A stretch of DNA of 64,000 nucleotides, from assembly GCA_045046875.1 (NCBI GenBank), contig JASFYY010000004.1:1-64000 (forward strand). Reading direction: 5' to 3'. The notes below the pieces were generated by a model, which saw nothing but the letters and a program-made list of their open reading frames with translations, did no database searches and was not told where the DNA came from. The stretch is from Verrucomicrobiota bacterium. GTDB taxonomy: Bacteria; Verrucomicrobiota; Verrucomicrobiia; Verrucomicrobiales; DEV007. Positions 21,456-30,900 of this stretch are shown here, one piece after another; positions within the stretch are counted from its first letter, which is position 1, and each line of letters opens with the position of its first letter. Made by a program: the position numbers and the translations under genes.

Positions 21456-22451
21456 ATGCAGCAGTTAATTAGAATGAAGTCCTTCTACGCGCGAGCTTCT
21501 TTTTTTATGAAGCAGAGAGGGATACAATATGTGTTGGTATTTCCCTTTGCGGTTAGCGTTTTGCTGACATCGGGGTGTTATGATTCCTACGGAGTGGCCG
21601 AGTTAAAGCTGGAGCAAGAAGATCATAAGGGCGCCATAGAGAGAGCCAAAGCATCGATAGAATCTGTTAGCAAAGAAATCGACGAAATGAAGTCGCAAGT
21701 AAGTGAAGCAGAGGAGCTTAAGGCTAGCTTGAAGCGGGTGGTGGACGATAATAGGATTTTCCAAAAAGAGATTGAAACTTATGAAGTTGAATTGCGCGGA
21801 ACCATGGCTGTGTTGAAAGCATGTCAGGATGCTTTTAAGATCAAAGTTAACATTGAGAAGGGCAAAAAATTTAAATCAATTCGATTGAAAAACGGGAAGA
21901 CAATAACCAATGCGGCATACAAAGGTTTTGGCGGCAAAGGGCTGAGTTTTTCCCATAGTGGCGGAGTGGGGGTATTTGCTTTAGAGCAAATGCCGGAAGA
22001 GATTGGCAAACATTTCATTTTGCCACCTCCCAAGCCTATAGAGGCCGTTGATCCGAAGTCTATATTGGCACGCAAACCAGATGCTTTGAAGACGTATGCT
22101 CAGATTCAAAAAGAAAAGGATCTCAAGCTAGATGCAGAATATGATGCTGTGGTGTTGAAGCAAAAAATGAGTGATGAGCAACGGGAGCGTGAAAAAGCTA
22201 AGCGGATAGCTGAGATGAATGAGAAGAGAAAACGGGTTGAAGCTCTGAGGGCTGAACTCACTCGACATGAATCGGCATATAATCAACATCTGAACACGGT
22301 AAGAGAACAGAAGTATGCATGGGATACTATGAATTTACCGCCCGCTAAGGCTGACAGGCAAAAAATTATAACTGGTTTTGCCAAAAAAGGTCGCACATTG
22401 TCACTCAAAATAGATGAGTTAGAGGAAAAACTCGAGGCGGCACAGCAGTAA
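21456..22451 (+). CDS. Hypothetical lipoprotein (coiled coils flanking an SHD1-like beta domain)
   Basis: Lipobox LTSGC, LKNGKTITNA...LSFSHSGG...LEQMPEEI; the true start may be a later Met. Confidence 0.7.
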   Translation: MQQLIRMKSFYARASFFMKQRGIQYVLVFPFAVSVLLTSGCYDSYGVAELKLEQEDHKGAIERAKASIESVSKEIDEMKSQVSEAEELKASLKRVVDDNRIFQKEIETYEVELRGTMAVLKACQDAFKIKVNIEKGKKFKSIRLKNGKTITNAAYKGFGGKGLSFSHSGGVGVFALEQMPEEIGKHFILPPPKPIEAVDPKSILARKPDALKTYAQIQKEKDLKLDAEYDAVVLKQKMSDEQREREKAKRIAEMNEKRKRVEALRAELTRHESAYNQHLNTVREQKYAWDTMNLPPAKADRQKIITGFAKKGRTLSLKIDELEEKLEAAQQ

Positions 22452-22459
22452 TTGTTTGA

Positions 22460-23206
22460 TCATGAAAGAAGCATCCGCAGCCCGGCGGCAAAAGAGAAGA
22501 AGTATAGTAGCAGTTCGAAAGCTCTCTGAGGCACTAGTTTGATCAAGTGCCGCCCTAGCAGGATACCTGCTAGGATGCCGGGTAAGAGAGCGAGGTCAAT
22601 TTTCAGGGATTCGGAGTTGATCAGGTTCAACTGGCCGAGAAAGGGGACTTTGAAGATATTGAGGAAAAGGAAAAACCGGGCTCCGATGCCAAGGAAATCA
22701 TTTTTTTCTAGTTTGTGAACCAAGGCGTAGATCGAATAGACTGGCCCGGCTGCGTTGGCTAGAGTGGTGGAGACGCCAATCGTCAACCCTGATCCCCAGC
22801 GGAAATAACGAGAGTCGGGCAGGTGGGCGAGAAATTCGGAGCGTAGGGCACGGATCAATTGAAAGCTGATCATGCAGAGAATGATGCCACCGATGGTCTT
22901 TTTGGCTGCAGAGTCACTGAATTGGCCCAGCATCAACCAACCTAACAATACGCCACAGACGGCTGGAGCGACCAAGGGCAAAACCTGTTTCCATGAGGCG
23001 TGTTTGCGGAAGATGGGGTAGACGATGAGATCGCAGACAATCAGTAGGGGCAGCACCATGCCGACCGAAGCTTTGGCTCCGAACAACTCAGCCATGATGA
23101 TCACATTGACGATGGCCAGGCCGGGAAAGCCGGTCTTTGATACCCCTAGTGAAAAAGCTCCGAATAGAGCTAATAGGTAGATATTGAGAGAGAGATCGGG
23201 CATCAC
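22460..23206 (-). CDS. Sulfite exporter TauE/SafE family permease
   Basis: GVSKTGFPG, TTLANAAGP, about 8 TM helices, 248 aa. Confidence 0.88.
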   Translation of the reverse strand: MMPDLSLNIYLLALFGAFSLGVSKTGFPGLAIVNVIIMAELFGAKASVGMVLPLLIVCDLIVYPIFRKHASWKQVLPLVAPAVCGVLLGWLMLGQFSDSAAKKTIGGIILCMISFQLIRALRSEFLAHLPDSRYFRWGSGLTIGVSTTLANAAGPVYSIYALVHKLEKNDFLGIGARFFLFLNIFKVPFLGQLNLINSESLKIDLALLPGILAGILLGRHLIKLVPQRAFELLLYFFSFAAGLRMLLS

Positions 23207-23272
23207 TTCTATCTCGTAGCAGGGCTTGAGCCAGGGTTCAAGGCTGGTCAGTTGCTTTTTTGAATCGTGGCA

Positions 23273-23342
23273 AGTGTTATTTTGTTATGGGTGTGACCCC
23301 ATTTTTTAGTGTTATTTTGTTATGGGTGTGACCCCATTTTTT
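23273..23342. repeat. Perfect 35-bp tandem duplication with REP-like palindromic core
   Basis: AGTGTTATTTTGTTATGGGTGTGACCCCATTTTTT occurs twice (23273-23307, 23308-23342); the core ATGGG-TGTGAC-CCCAT can form a hairpin. Confidence 0.9.
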
Positions 23343-23510
23343 CCATTTTTTGATTTTGCAGGTGCAGGAGGATGCGGGTGCAGAAAAGGCGGTGGTAAAG
23401 CCCTGCTTGAAATGAACCTTTTTGTAATGGCGCTTTTTGGCAGTTGTGAGTGAAAAAATAGCGGAAAAATGGTGGCAGCGGTGTAAAGGTGAGGGCAATC
23501 AATTCTAAGT

Positions 23511-24533
23511 ATGTCTAAACAGGGAATTCTACTCGTTAATCTTGGCTCACCTGATTCCACGGATGTGGGAGATGTCAGGCGTTATTTGCGTCAGTTTTTG
23601 ATGGATGGCAAGGTGCTGGATGCGCCTTATCCGATACGTTTTTGTGTGGTGAATTTTGCCATTTTGCCGTCGCGTCCCAAGGAGTCGGCGCAGGCTTATA
23701 AAAAGATCTGGCAGCCGGAGGGGTCCCCATTGGTGATATCGAGTCGGGCGATTCGCGATGCAATGGAAGAGCGTTTTCCTGATGCGGTGGTGGAGCTGGC
23801 GATGCGATATCAGAACCCATCGATTGAGAGCGCGGTTGGCAAATTAAAAGAGCAGGGAGTGAGTTCGGTCGCAGTGGTGCCGCTGTTCCCGCATTACGCG
23901 ATGTCGAGTTATGAGAGCGCGGTGGAGCGGGTGAAGGTGGTGGCAAAAAAAATGGCTCCGGAGATGACTTTGAATGTGGTGCCGCCCTATTACGACGATC
24001 CGGATTACATTGAGGCCTTGGTTGACCGATCGGCAGAATTTTTAGCTCAGGACTACGATCATTTGCTGTTCAGCTTCCATGGCATACCTGAACGTCACCT
24101 GCAGAAATCGGATCCGGCGGGAGGGCACCTTCAGATTCCTGAAGGTTATTGCTGTTCGGAGGGAGATGCTTCTTTCGACACCTGCTATCGCGCTCAATGT
24201 TTCAAAACGATGGATGCTTTTGTTGAAAAGGCGGGCATTGCCGAGGATAAATATTCGCATTCTTTTCAATCGCGTCTAGGCCGGGAACCGTGGTTGAAAC
24301 CCTATACTGATCATGTGATCGAAGAGCTGCCTGCCAAGGGGATCAAAAAACTACTGGTGATCTGCCCGGTGTTTATTTCGGACTGTCTGGAGACCATTGA
24401 GGAAATCGGTATGCGTGGCAAGGAGGACTTCATTAAGGCGGGAGGTGAGTCGCTGCAGTTGATTCCCTGTCTGAATGAACATCCGCGGTGGTTGGATGCC
24501 TTGCAGACGATCACGGAGCGGCATCTGGGCTAA
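23511..24533 (+). CDS. hemH: Ferrochelatase
   Basis: GILLVNLGSP, SPL, AMRYQNPSI, PLFPHY, FSFHGIP, FQSRLGREPWLKP, DCLETIEEI. Confidence 0.95.
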   Translation: MSKQGILLVNLGSPDSTDVGDVRRYLRQFLMDGKVLDAPYPIRFCVVNFAILPSRPKESAQAYKKIWQPEGSPLVISSRAIRDAMEERFPDAVVELAMRYQNPSIESAVGKLKEQGVSSVAVVPLFPHYAMSSYESAVERVKVVAKKMAPEMTLNVVPPYYDDPDYIEALVDRSAEFLAQDYDHLLFSFHGIPERHLQKSDPAGGHLQIPEGYCCSEGDASFDTCYRAQCFKTMDAFVEKAGIAEDKYSHSFQSRLGREPWLKPYTDHVIEELPAKGIKKLLVICPVFISDCLETIEEIGMRGKEDFIKAGGESLQLIPCLNEHPRWLDALQTITERHLG

Positions 24534-24554
24534 GTTGATATTTGGGGTGCAGGG

Positions 24555-27158
24555 ATGGGAAATGACGGGAACCAGACGCTGCCGATTTACGAGATTGAGG
24601 AAGCTTTGTGTGAGGCGCTCGCTGAGGGCGTTGATTGTCCGCGGGTGGTGATCGAGGCTCCAACGGGGTCAGGCAAGTCAACCCAGGTTCCCCAAATTCT
24701 ACTAGATAATCACTTGTTGGGCGAAGGTGAGGTCCTGGTGCTACAGCCGCGCAGGATGGCGGCAAGGATGCTGGCAAAAAGGGTGGCGTGGGAGCGAGGG
24801 GGACGTTTGGGCGATGAAGTGGGTTATCAGGTGCGCTTTGAAAAGGTGATGGGATCCCGGACTAGAATCCGTTACGTGACCGAGGGAATTGTGCAGCGTC
24901 GTTTGATCAATGACGCTCGACTCGAAGGGGTGAGCGCGGTGGTGCTGGATGAATTTCATGAACGTCACCTGGATGGTGATGTGGTTTTGGCTCGCTGTCT
25001 GGATTTGCAGAACAGCACTCGCCCCGACCTGAAGGTGATCGTGATGTCGGCCACACTGGAGGGCGAAGGGCTACAAAATTATCTCGGTGAAAATTGTAAG
25101 CGTTTGGTTTCCAAAGGGCGTACTTTTCCAGTGGATGTTCTTTATTCGCCGAGCAAGCAACGTCATGGGGATCGGATTTGGGATCACACCGTTCGTTCCA
25201 TCAAGTCATTTATAAAAAGCGTTGATAATAAAGGTAATGTATTAATTTTTATGCCGGGAGCGTATGAAATAAGGCGCACTATCAAGGCTTTGCAGGACAG
25301 CTCGCTGGGCTCTCTTTATCAAATTTTGCCACTCTACGGAAGTTTGTCTGCCCAGGCGCAGGACGACGCGGTGAGCGGGGGTAGCAGCGGTAAAGCTAAA
25401 ATTGTGGTAGCGACAAATGTGGCGGAAACCTCGCTGACAATTGATGGGGTGACCCTGGTGGTGGACAGCGGTTTGGCGCGAATGTCGAGTTACGACGCAA
25501 AACGAGGTTTGCAGACCTTGATGGTGGAGAAAATTTCGCGGGCTTCAGCGGATCAGCGCGCCGGACGGGCGGGGCGCACCATGGCGGGTCATTGTCTGCG
25601 CCTGTGGAGCAATGAGGATCATGCGCGCCGTATGGCATCAACCCAGCCGGAAATCCATCGGATTGATCTGGCGGCGGTGATTCCAGGCTTGATGGCGGGT
25701 GGAGTGGAGGATGTAGCGGTTTTTCCATGGTATGAGCCGCCCCAGGCTGGAATGTTGGATAAGGCTCTGCAGCAATTGCGGAGCAGTGGTGTGATTGATC
25801 AAGAGTCGGGTAAGTTGACCGAGACCGGATGGAACTTAAGTCAGTTACCGCTCGACCCACGGCAGGGTTTGGTATTGCTGAAGGCGGCGGAGGCGGGTTG
25901 TCTTGAATTTTTTGCGGTGGTGATGGCGGCGACCCAGGGTAGTTCTTTGTTTTTAGGTCGCGGCAAGGCAGCGGTACAATTTGAGGATTATGTGATGGTG
26001 GACGATAGCTCGGATTTGTTGCCGATCTATCGAGCCTGGTGTGGCGCGCAGGTGGTGGGCTTTGATCCAGGTCGTTGTGATCACCTGGGGGTCAGAGCCA
26101 ATGCGGCACGTGAGATTGGGCGCAGTGCGAATCAGTTTCTGAGCGCTGTAAACCCTTTGGTGGGCAAGGGGCAGGATCAATCTGGAGAGCCGAATGCGGA
26201 AGATCTGGCGCGTATTCTTCTCGCGGGTTATTCGGATCAGGTGGGGCGTCGTTTGAGCGAATCAACCTTGTCATCCGTGGTGGTGGGGAACCGGCGAGGT
26301 TTGCTCGACAAACAGAGTGTCTTGGCTCAAAAGGCTTTTGCCAAAAGCTTGTTTTTGATAGGCGAGATGACGGAGGTCGAGGGCAAGGAGGTGCAGGTGA
26401 GGTTGAATCTGGCGACACAGATCGACAGAACGCTTTTGGAAGAGATGTTCCCCGATGATCTGGTGAGTAGAGTGGCGGCGGAATACGATGAGTCTTCGCG
26501 CCGGGTGGTGGCTAAAAATGAGATCCGTTTTCGTGATTTAGTGCTGGAGAGCAAATCATCGGGCCAGGTTCCGGAAGATCAGGCGGCGTATCTATTAGCG
26601 CAGCAGGTTGGTGCGGGTAACCTAATTTTAAAAAAGTGGGATAACTCTGTTAATCAATGGATTGCACGAATTAATACGTTTTCTCGCGGTATAGAAGAGA
26701 TGCAGGTTTCACCGATTGACGAAGAGGCAAAGTTGTTGATTTATGAGGAAATCTGTCGCGGAGCGAGTTCCTATCGAGACATCAAGAACCGGGAGGTGAA
26801 GCCGGTTTTGAAAGGCTGGTTGTCCGCTGCCCAGAAGTCGTCACTCGATCACTATGCGCCTGAGCGGGTGAGATTGTCAGAGCAACGAAAAGCCAAGGTG
26901 ATTTATCACGAAAAAGAGAACCCTAAGATATCAGTGGTGATCCAGCAGCTTTTTGAGATCAAACAAACGCCCGTTTTGGGAGATGGGCGGATTCCGTTGC
27001 GGGTCGAAATCCTGGGGCCGAATCAGCGCCCGGTACAGATCACGGATGATCTGGGGCGCTTTTGGAAAACCAGTTATGCGGATGTGCGCACGATGTTACG
27101 CGGGCGTTACCCAAAACACGCCTGGCCAACGGTCGAAGAATTGACCGGGAGCCAGTAA
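24555..27158 (+). CDS. hrpB: ATP-dependent RNA helicase HrpB
   Basis: APTGSGKST, DEFHER, MSAT, ATNVAETSLTI, QRAGRAGR, C-terminal RPVQITDDLGRFW...RGRYPKHAWP. Confidence 0.95.
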   Translation: MGNDGNQTLPIYEIEEALCEALAEGVDCPRVVIEAPTGSGKSTQVPQILLDNHLLGEGEVLVLQPRRMAARMLAKRVAWERGGRLGDEVGYQVRFEKVMGSRTRIRYVTEGIVQRRLINDARLEGVSAVVLDEFHERHLDGDVVLARCLDLQNSTRPDLKVIVMSATLEGEGLQNYLGENCKRLVSKGRTFPVDVLYSPSKQRHGDRIWDHTVRSIKSFIKSVDNKGNVLIFMPGAYEIRRTIKALQDSSLGSLYQILPLYGSLSAQAQDDAVSGGSSGKAKIVVATNVAETSLTIDGVTLVVDSGLARMSSYDAKRGLQTLMVEKISRASADQRAGRAGRTMAGHCLRLWSNEDHARRMASTQPEIHRIDLAAVIPGLMAGGVEDVAVFPWYEPPQAGMLDKALQQLRSSGVIDQESGKLTETGWNLSQLPLDPRQGLVLLKAAEAGCLEFFAVVMAATQGSSLFLGRGKAAVQFEDYVMVDDSSDLLPIYRAWCGAQVVGFDPGRCDHLGVRANAAREIGRSANQFLSAVNPLVGKGQDQSGEPNAEDLARILLAGYSDQVGRRLSESTLSSVVVGNRRGLLDKQSVLAQKAFAKSLFLIGEMTEVEGKEVQVRLNLATQIDRTLLEEMFPDDLVSRVAAEYDESSRRVVAKNEIRFRDLVLESKSSGQVPEDQAAYLLAQQVGAGNLILKKWDNSVNQWIARINTFSRGIEEMQVSPIDEEAKLLIYEEICRGASSYRDIKNREVKPVLKGWLSAAQKSSLDHYAPERVRLSEQRKAKVIYHEKENPKISVVIQQLFEIKQTPVLGDGRIPLRVEILGPNQRPVQITDDLGRFWKTSYADVRTMLRGRYPKHAWPTVEELTGSQ

Positions 27159-27181
27159 GCTAGATTTCAGCAACGAGTCGT

Positions 27182-28282
27182 TTACTCAGCAGTGCCGCCG
27201 CCAGAGTTGCCGAGCTCTGAATATTCGGGAGGCAGGGCATTGGCAAAACGGGATTTGTCGATCGCTTTCATATAGGCTTCGATCGGATCGACATTGCCGC
27301 TGAGCATTTCTGCCCAGATGGCATCGTCCATGAATTGCATACCGACATTTTGCCCACCAGTGATGATGTCCTGAAGTTTTTGGGTGGCACCTTCACGGAT
27401 CACAGCTCCCACGGCGGGAGTGGCGACGAGAATTTCGTTAACTGCTACCCGGCCTTGTCCACCAGTTTTTTTCAGTAATAACTGGGCGAGCACGCCGCGC
27501 AAAGAAGCGGACAGCATGGTTCGCACTTGTGCTTGTTGATCGGAGGGGAAGACGTCGACCAAACGGTCAACGGTTTTACGGGCATTATTGGTGTGCAAGG
27601 TGCCGAAGACCAACAGTCCGGTTTCGGCAGCGGTCAGAGCCAGGGATATGGTTTCCAGATCGCGCATTTCCCCCACTAGAACGATGTCAGCATCTTCACG
27701 CAAGCAGGCGCGCAGACCATCGGCAAAGGATGGTGTCTGGATCGGCACTTCACGTTGACTGATGATGCTTTTTTTGTTGTTGTGAACAAACTCAATGGGC
27801 TCTTCGATGGTGATGATGTGACGCGAATAATTGGTATTGATGTAGTCAATCAAAGCCGCCAGGGTGGTTGACTTGCCTGAGCCGGTTGGTCCGGTGACCA
27901 ATACCAGTCCACTTCTCAAATCTCCGAATCTTTTGACTACTTCGGGAATGCCCAGTTGCTCCAAAGTGGCGATTTTGGTGGGGATCAAACGAAAGACGGC
28001 TCCGAGGCCATTTTTTTGTTTGAAGAAGTTACAACGAAAACGTGAGTCGGCATCCATTTCGTAAGCGAAATCGAGGTCGCCACTTTCCAAGTAATTTTCG
28101 AAAGCCTTGGGATCGCATATTTCCGCCAACATGCCTTTTAGAGATTCGTGCTCTAGGATGCCTTCGGAGATGGGCTGCAGGGCTCCGTGAGCTCTTATTT
28201 TGGGTGGCTGGCCTTCACTGAGATGAAGGTCGGAAGCTCCTGCTTGAATGAGGTGCTGAAAGTATTGATCGATGACTGCCAT
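27182..28282 (-). CDS. pilT: Type IV pilus retraction ATPase, PilT family
   Basis: ASDLHL, GPTGSGKSTT, TIEEPIEF, LREDADIVLVGEMRD, AETG, TLHT. Start trimmed to MAVIDQYF. Confidence 0.9.
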   Translation of the reverse strand: MAVIDQYFQHLIQAGASDLHLSEGQPPKIRAHGALQPISEGILEHESLKGMLAEICDPKAFENYLESGDLDFAYEMDADSRFRCNFFKQKNGLGAVFRLIPTKIATLEQLGIPEVVKRFGDLRSGLVLVTGPTGSGKSTTLAALIDYINTNYSRHIITIEEPIEFVHNNKKSIISQREVPIQTPSFADGLRACLREDADIVLVGEMRDLETISLALTAAETGLLVFGTLHTNNARKTVDRLVDVFPSDQQAQVRTMLSASLRGVLAQLLLKKTGGQGRVAVNEILVATPAVGAVIREGATQKLQDIITGGQNVGMQFMDDAIWAEMLSGNVDPIEAYMKAIDKSRFANALPPEYSELGNSGGGTAE

Positions 28283-28331
28283 GGGGAAAAAATTTGAGAT
28301 TAAAAATTTGAAATTAAAAGCGTCTTTAGTC

Positions 28332-29426
28332 CTAGTCTTCGACCCCCAGCGATCGACGCATTTGAATGGGATCAACGGCGCGACCGATGGCTTCTTCTGC
28401 AGCCACCGTGCCTGCTTCGACCAACTCGATGAGGGAATCGTCGAGTAGTCTCATGCCGACGTTTTTGCCTGTTTGCATGATGCCAGGCAGCATGAAGGTT
28501 TTGCCGTCACGAATGGTAGCGGATACCGCCGGAGAGTTGACCAGGATTTCCAGAGCAAGCGCCCGTCCATCACCGTCGGCTTTGGGCACCAGTTGTTGAC
28601 TGATGATGCCGCGCAAAGATTCACTGACCATGATGCGGATCTGTTCCCGTTGTTCAGTCGGGAACACATCGAGGATACGGTCGAGGGTTCGGGCTGCGCT
28701 TCCAGTGTGCAGGGTAGCGAGCACCAGGTGACCGGTTTCCGCTGCGGTGATCGCCAGTGAAATGGTCTCTAAATCGCGCATTTCCCCCACCATGATGATA
28801 TCCGGGTCTTCACGCAGAGAGGCTCTGAGTGCGGCGCCAAAAGATTCGGTGTGGGTGTGGATTTCACGTTGGTTCACATGGCAAGCATTGGAGTCGATGA
28901 CGTATTCGATCGGATCTTCCAAGGTGATGATGTGATCGGTGCGCGTCGCATTGATCTCGCTAATCAAGGCTGCCAGAGTCGTTGATTTACCACTGCCGAC
29001 AGAACCGGTGACTAAAATGAGGCCATTATGATACTGGAGCAGGGGTTTGATGGCTGCGGGCAGTCCCAGGTCTTCCATGCTGCGCAGCGAGGTGCTGATC
29101 ACCCGAAAGACCATTTCCCAGCCGAGACGCTGTTTGATCACACTGGCTCGAAATCGGCCAAAATCGGTGTCGTAAGCAAAATCAACGTCGCCGGTTTCCT
29201 CTAGGCGAGCCAGTTCAGCAGGAGGTAAATAGGTTCGGGCAAGATGCTCGCATTGTTCAGGTGTGATGTGGTCGGCATTTTCCCACAGTGGTTGCAAACG
29301 ACCGAAGCGCCGCCAGGAAGGCTGGCAGGTAGGGGACAAGTGGACGTCCGAGCAGTCATACTGTTGCGCCAGTTTTAAATATTCATTAACATGGTCGAGG
29401 ACGGCAATGGTTCCGGTATCTGACAT
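28332..29426 (-). CDS. pilT: Second PilT/PilU-family ATPase
   Basis: SDVHL, GSVGSGKSTT, TLEDPIEY, LREDPDIIMVGEMRD, AETGHLVLATLHT. Confidence 0.88.
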   Translation of the reverse strand: MSDTGTIAVLDHVNEYLKLAQQYDCSDVHLSPTCQPSWRRFGRLQPLWENADHITPEQCEHLARTYLPPAELARLEETGDVDFAYDTDFGRFRASVIKQRLGWEMVFRVISTSLRSMEDLGLPAAIKPLLQYHNGLILVTGSVGSGKSTTLAALISEINATRTDHIITLEDPIEYVIDSNACHVNQREIHTHTESFGAALRASLREDPDIIMVGEMRDLETISLAITAAETGHLVLATLHTGSAARTLDRILDVFPTEQREQIRIMVSESLRGIISQQLVPKADGDGRALALEILVNSPAVSATIRDGKTFMLPGIMQTGKNVGMRLLDDSLIELVEAGTVAAEEAIGRAVDPIQMRRSLGVED

Positions 29427-29461
29427 TTTGGTTTAAGCGTGTTGTGTGGTTAATAAAAAGG

Positions 29462-29878
29462 TTATTTATCGAGGTCTTCTTGTCGAGCTTTCGAAATATT
29501 GGCGAACCATTGTTCAAATTCTTTTTCTACGGCTTTTCTCAAAATGGGCTTGGACAGCCGGATTATTTGCTTTCCAGCGATTCCAAGCAAGCCAAAAAGT
29601 GCGCCTTTGCGATCAGAAGGTGGTTTTTCTTCATGGTCGATGGCAGACGAAGAGCGAAACGGGCTCAAAAGGTTTTTTGCAACCAGTAGACCTGCTAAAA
29701 CCCCGCCGCCAATCCACCAATAGCGATAAGCATGAAAGGAGGCTTCCAATTTTCTTGATACATTGAGAATGTCCCCGAGTTGCGACGCATCCCGGTTGAT
29801 CTGCAGGCGAGATTGATCGAGCTTGGCGATCAATTGCTCCCGTTTGCTTAATGTTGGCGTTGTCGATCTTCGAGCCAT
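29462..29878 (-). CDS. Hypothetical protein, YqjK-like
   Basis: KREQLIAKLDQSRLQI N-terminal helix, one TM; follows YqjE-like and DUF883 genes. Confidence 0.6.
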   Translation of the reverse strand: MARRSTTPTLSKREQLIAKLDQSRLQINRDASQLGDILNVSRKLEASFHAYRYWWIGGGVLAGLLVAKNLLSPFRSSSAIDHEEKPPSDRKGALFGLLGIAGKQIIRLSKPILRKAVEKEFEQWFANISKARQEDLDK

Positions 29879-30279
29879 TGACGGTCTTTTTCTATTTCTT
29901 TAAGGGAATCTCTAAAAGCAGTTTGAGATAAGCGCTTTTTAGCGATGATTAAAAGCAGAAAAGCTACAAAGAGGTGAATGCCTCCGGTAACCAATACTAC
30001 TTTGGGCCATGACCAATCAAAATGAATGGTGAGCATGCCGATCGCACCGGTGAGCAAGGTCAGATAGGCAAGGGCAAAAAATAGGAATGCGGTTAAGATC
30101 ACAAAGAGCTTGAACAGCAGCTCCCCGCGAATTTCCTTGGCTTCGAGCTGGAAGAGGCTGAGGCGGGCAAGGATGTGATCTGTAAATGCCGCCAGCGTAG
30201 AGGCCGTCAGATCTCCCAATCCCTGGCGGGCAGGGGGTGGTGTTGAATTGTGATCCTGTGGAGGCCGCCCCGTGTTCAT
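29848..30279 (-). CDS. YqjE-like membrane protein (often labelled phage holin family)
   Basis: RLSLFQLEAKE, two TM helices, C-terminal FRDSLKEIEKDRQWL. Confidence 0.8.
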   Translation of the reverse strand: MNTGRPPQDHNSTPPPARQGLGDLTASTLAAFTDHILARLSLFQLEAKEIRGELLFKLFVILTAFLFFALAYLTLLTGAIGMLTIHFDWSWPKVVLVTGGIHLFVAFLLLIIAKKRLSQTAFRDSLKEIEKDRQWLEDRQRQH

Positions 30280-30414
30280 ATTATGAAAAGTGCTGTTAAA
30301 GCAAGTTTGCCCGCAGCGTTAATTTTCACGAAGGTTGGAACGACACACAACGCGATGACAGAATTGGAATTTTATTCTACGCTGAGGAAAATGGATGTGT
30401 CAGAGCAGTGTAAT

Positions 30415-30789
30415 CTAGCGTAAGACACGACCGATGATGAATCCCAGACCAACGGCCAATAAAATGGATTTGGTTGGGTTCTGGCGCACGTAGCGTTCGC
30501 CTTCTTCTTTGTAGTCATCGATGCGCTCTTTGATGTCGCCCCAGTTTTCATCTGCATAATCGCGGAATTGATCAACATTGTCAGTGGCGGAACTTCTGAA
30601 ATTCTGTGCGGTTTCTTCTGCTTTGTCCCGTATCCGGCTAGCTTGTTCCTTGGCGCTGCCTTTCAGCTCTTCGGCTTTCCGCGTAGCGGCGGCTTTGAGT
30701 TCCTCGGCTGCTTGAACGGCGTGGGCTCTGCTGGCTTCTAGGTTGTCGCTGACGGTATTGCCTGCTTCTGTGGTATTTTCTGCGCTCAT
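30415..30789 (-). CDS. DUF883 / ElaB-YqjD-like tail-anchored protein
   Basis: Ala/Glu-rich amphipathic helices and C-terminal YVRQNPTKSILLAVGLGFIIG. Confidence 0.85.
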   Translation of the reverse strand: MSAENTTEAGNTVSDNLEASRAHAVQAAEELKAAATRKAEELKGSAKEQASRIRDKAEETAQNFRSSATDNVDQFRDYADENWGDIKERIDDYKEEGERYVRQNPTKSILLAVGLGFIIGRVLR

Positions 30790-30900
30790 GATGTGATAAA
30801 ATTTAGTGACTCGCCAATGGGTTGAGGGAGCCTGATCGTAGTAGTGAAAAAATAGTCATATTTTGCATCAAAAGCAAGCCTATTCAGAAGATAGGGAAGC

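Noticed and set aside
23273..23342. CRISPR array (35-bp palindromic repeat)
   Set aside because: The two copies are directly adjacent with no spacer, and no cas genes are present in the window.
29848..30279. Prophage lysis gene (phage holin family label)
   Set aside because: The context is the cellular DUF883/YqjE/YqjK-like trio; no endolysin, integrase or structural phage genes are nearby.
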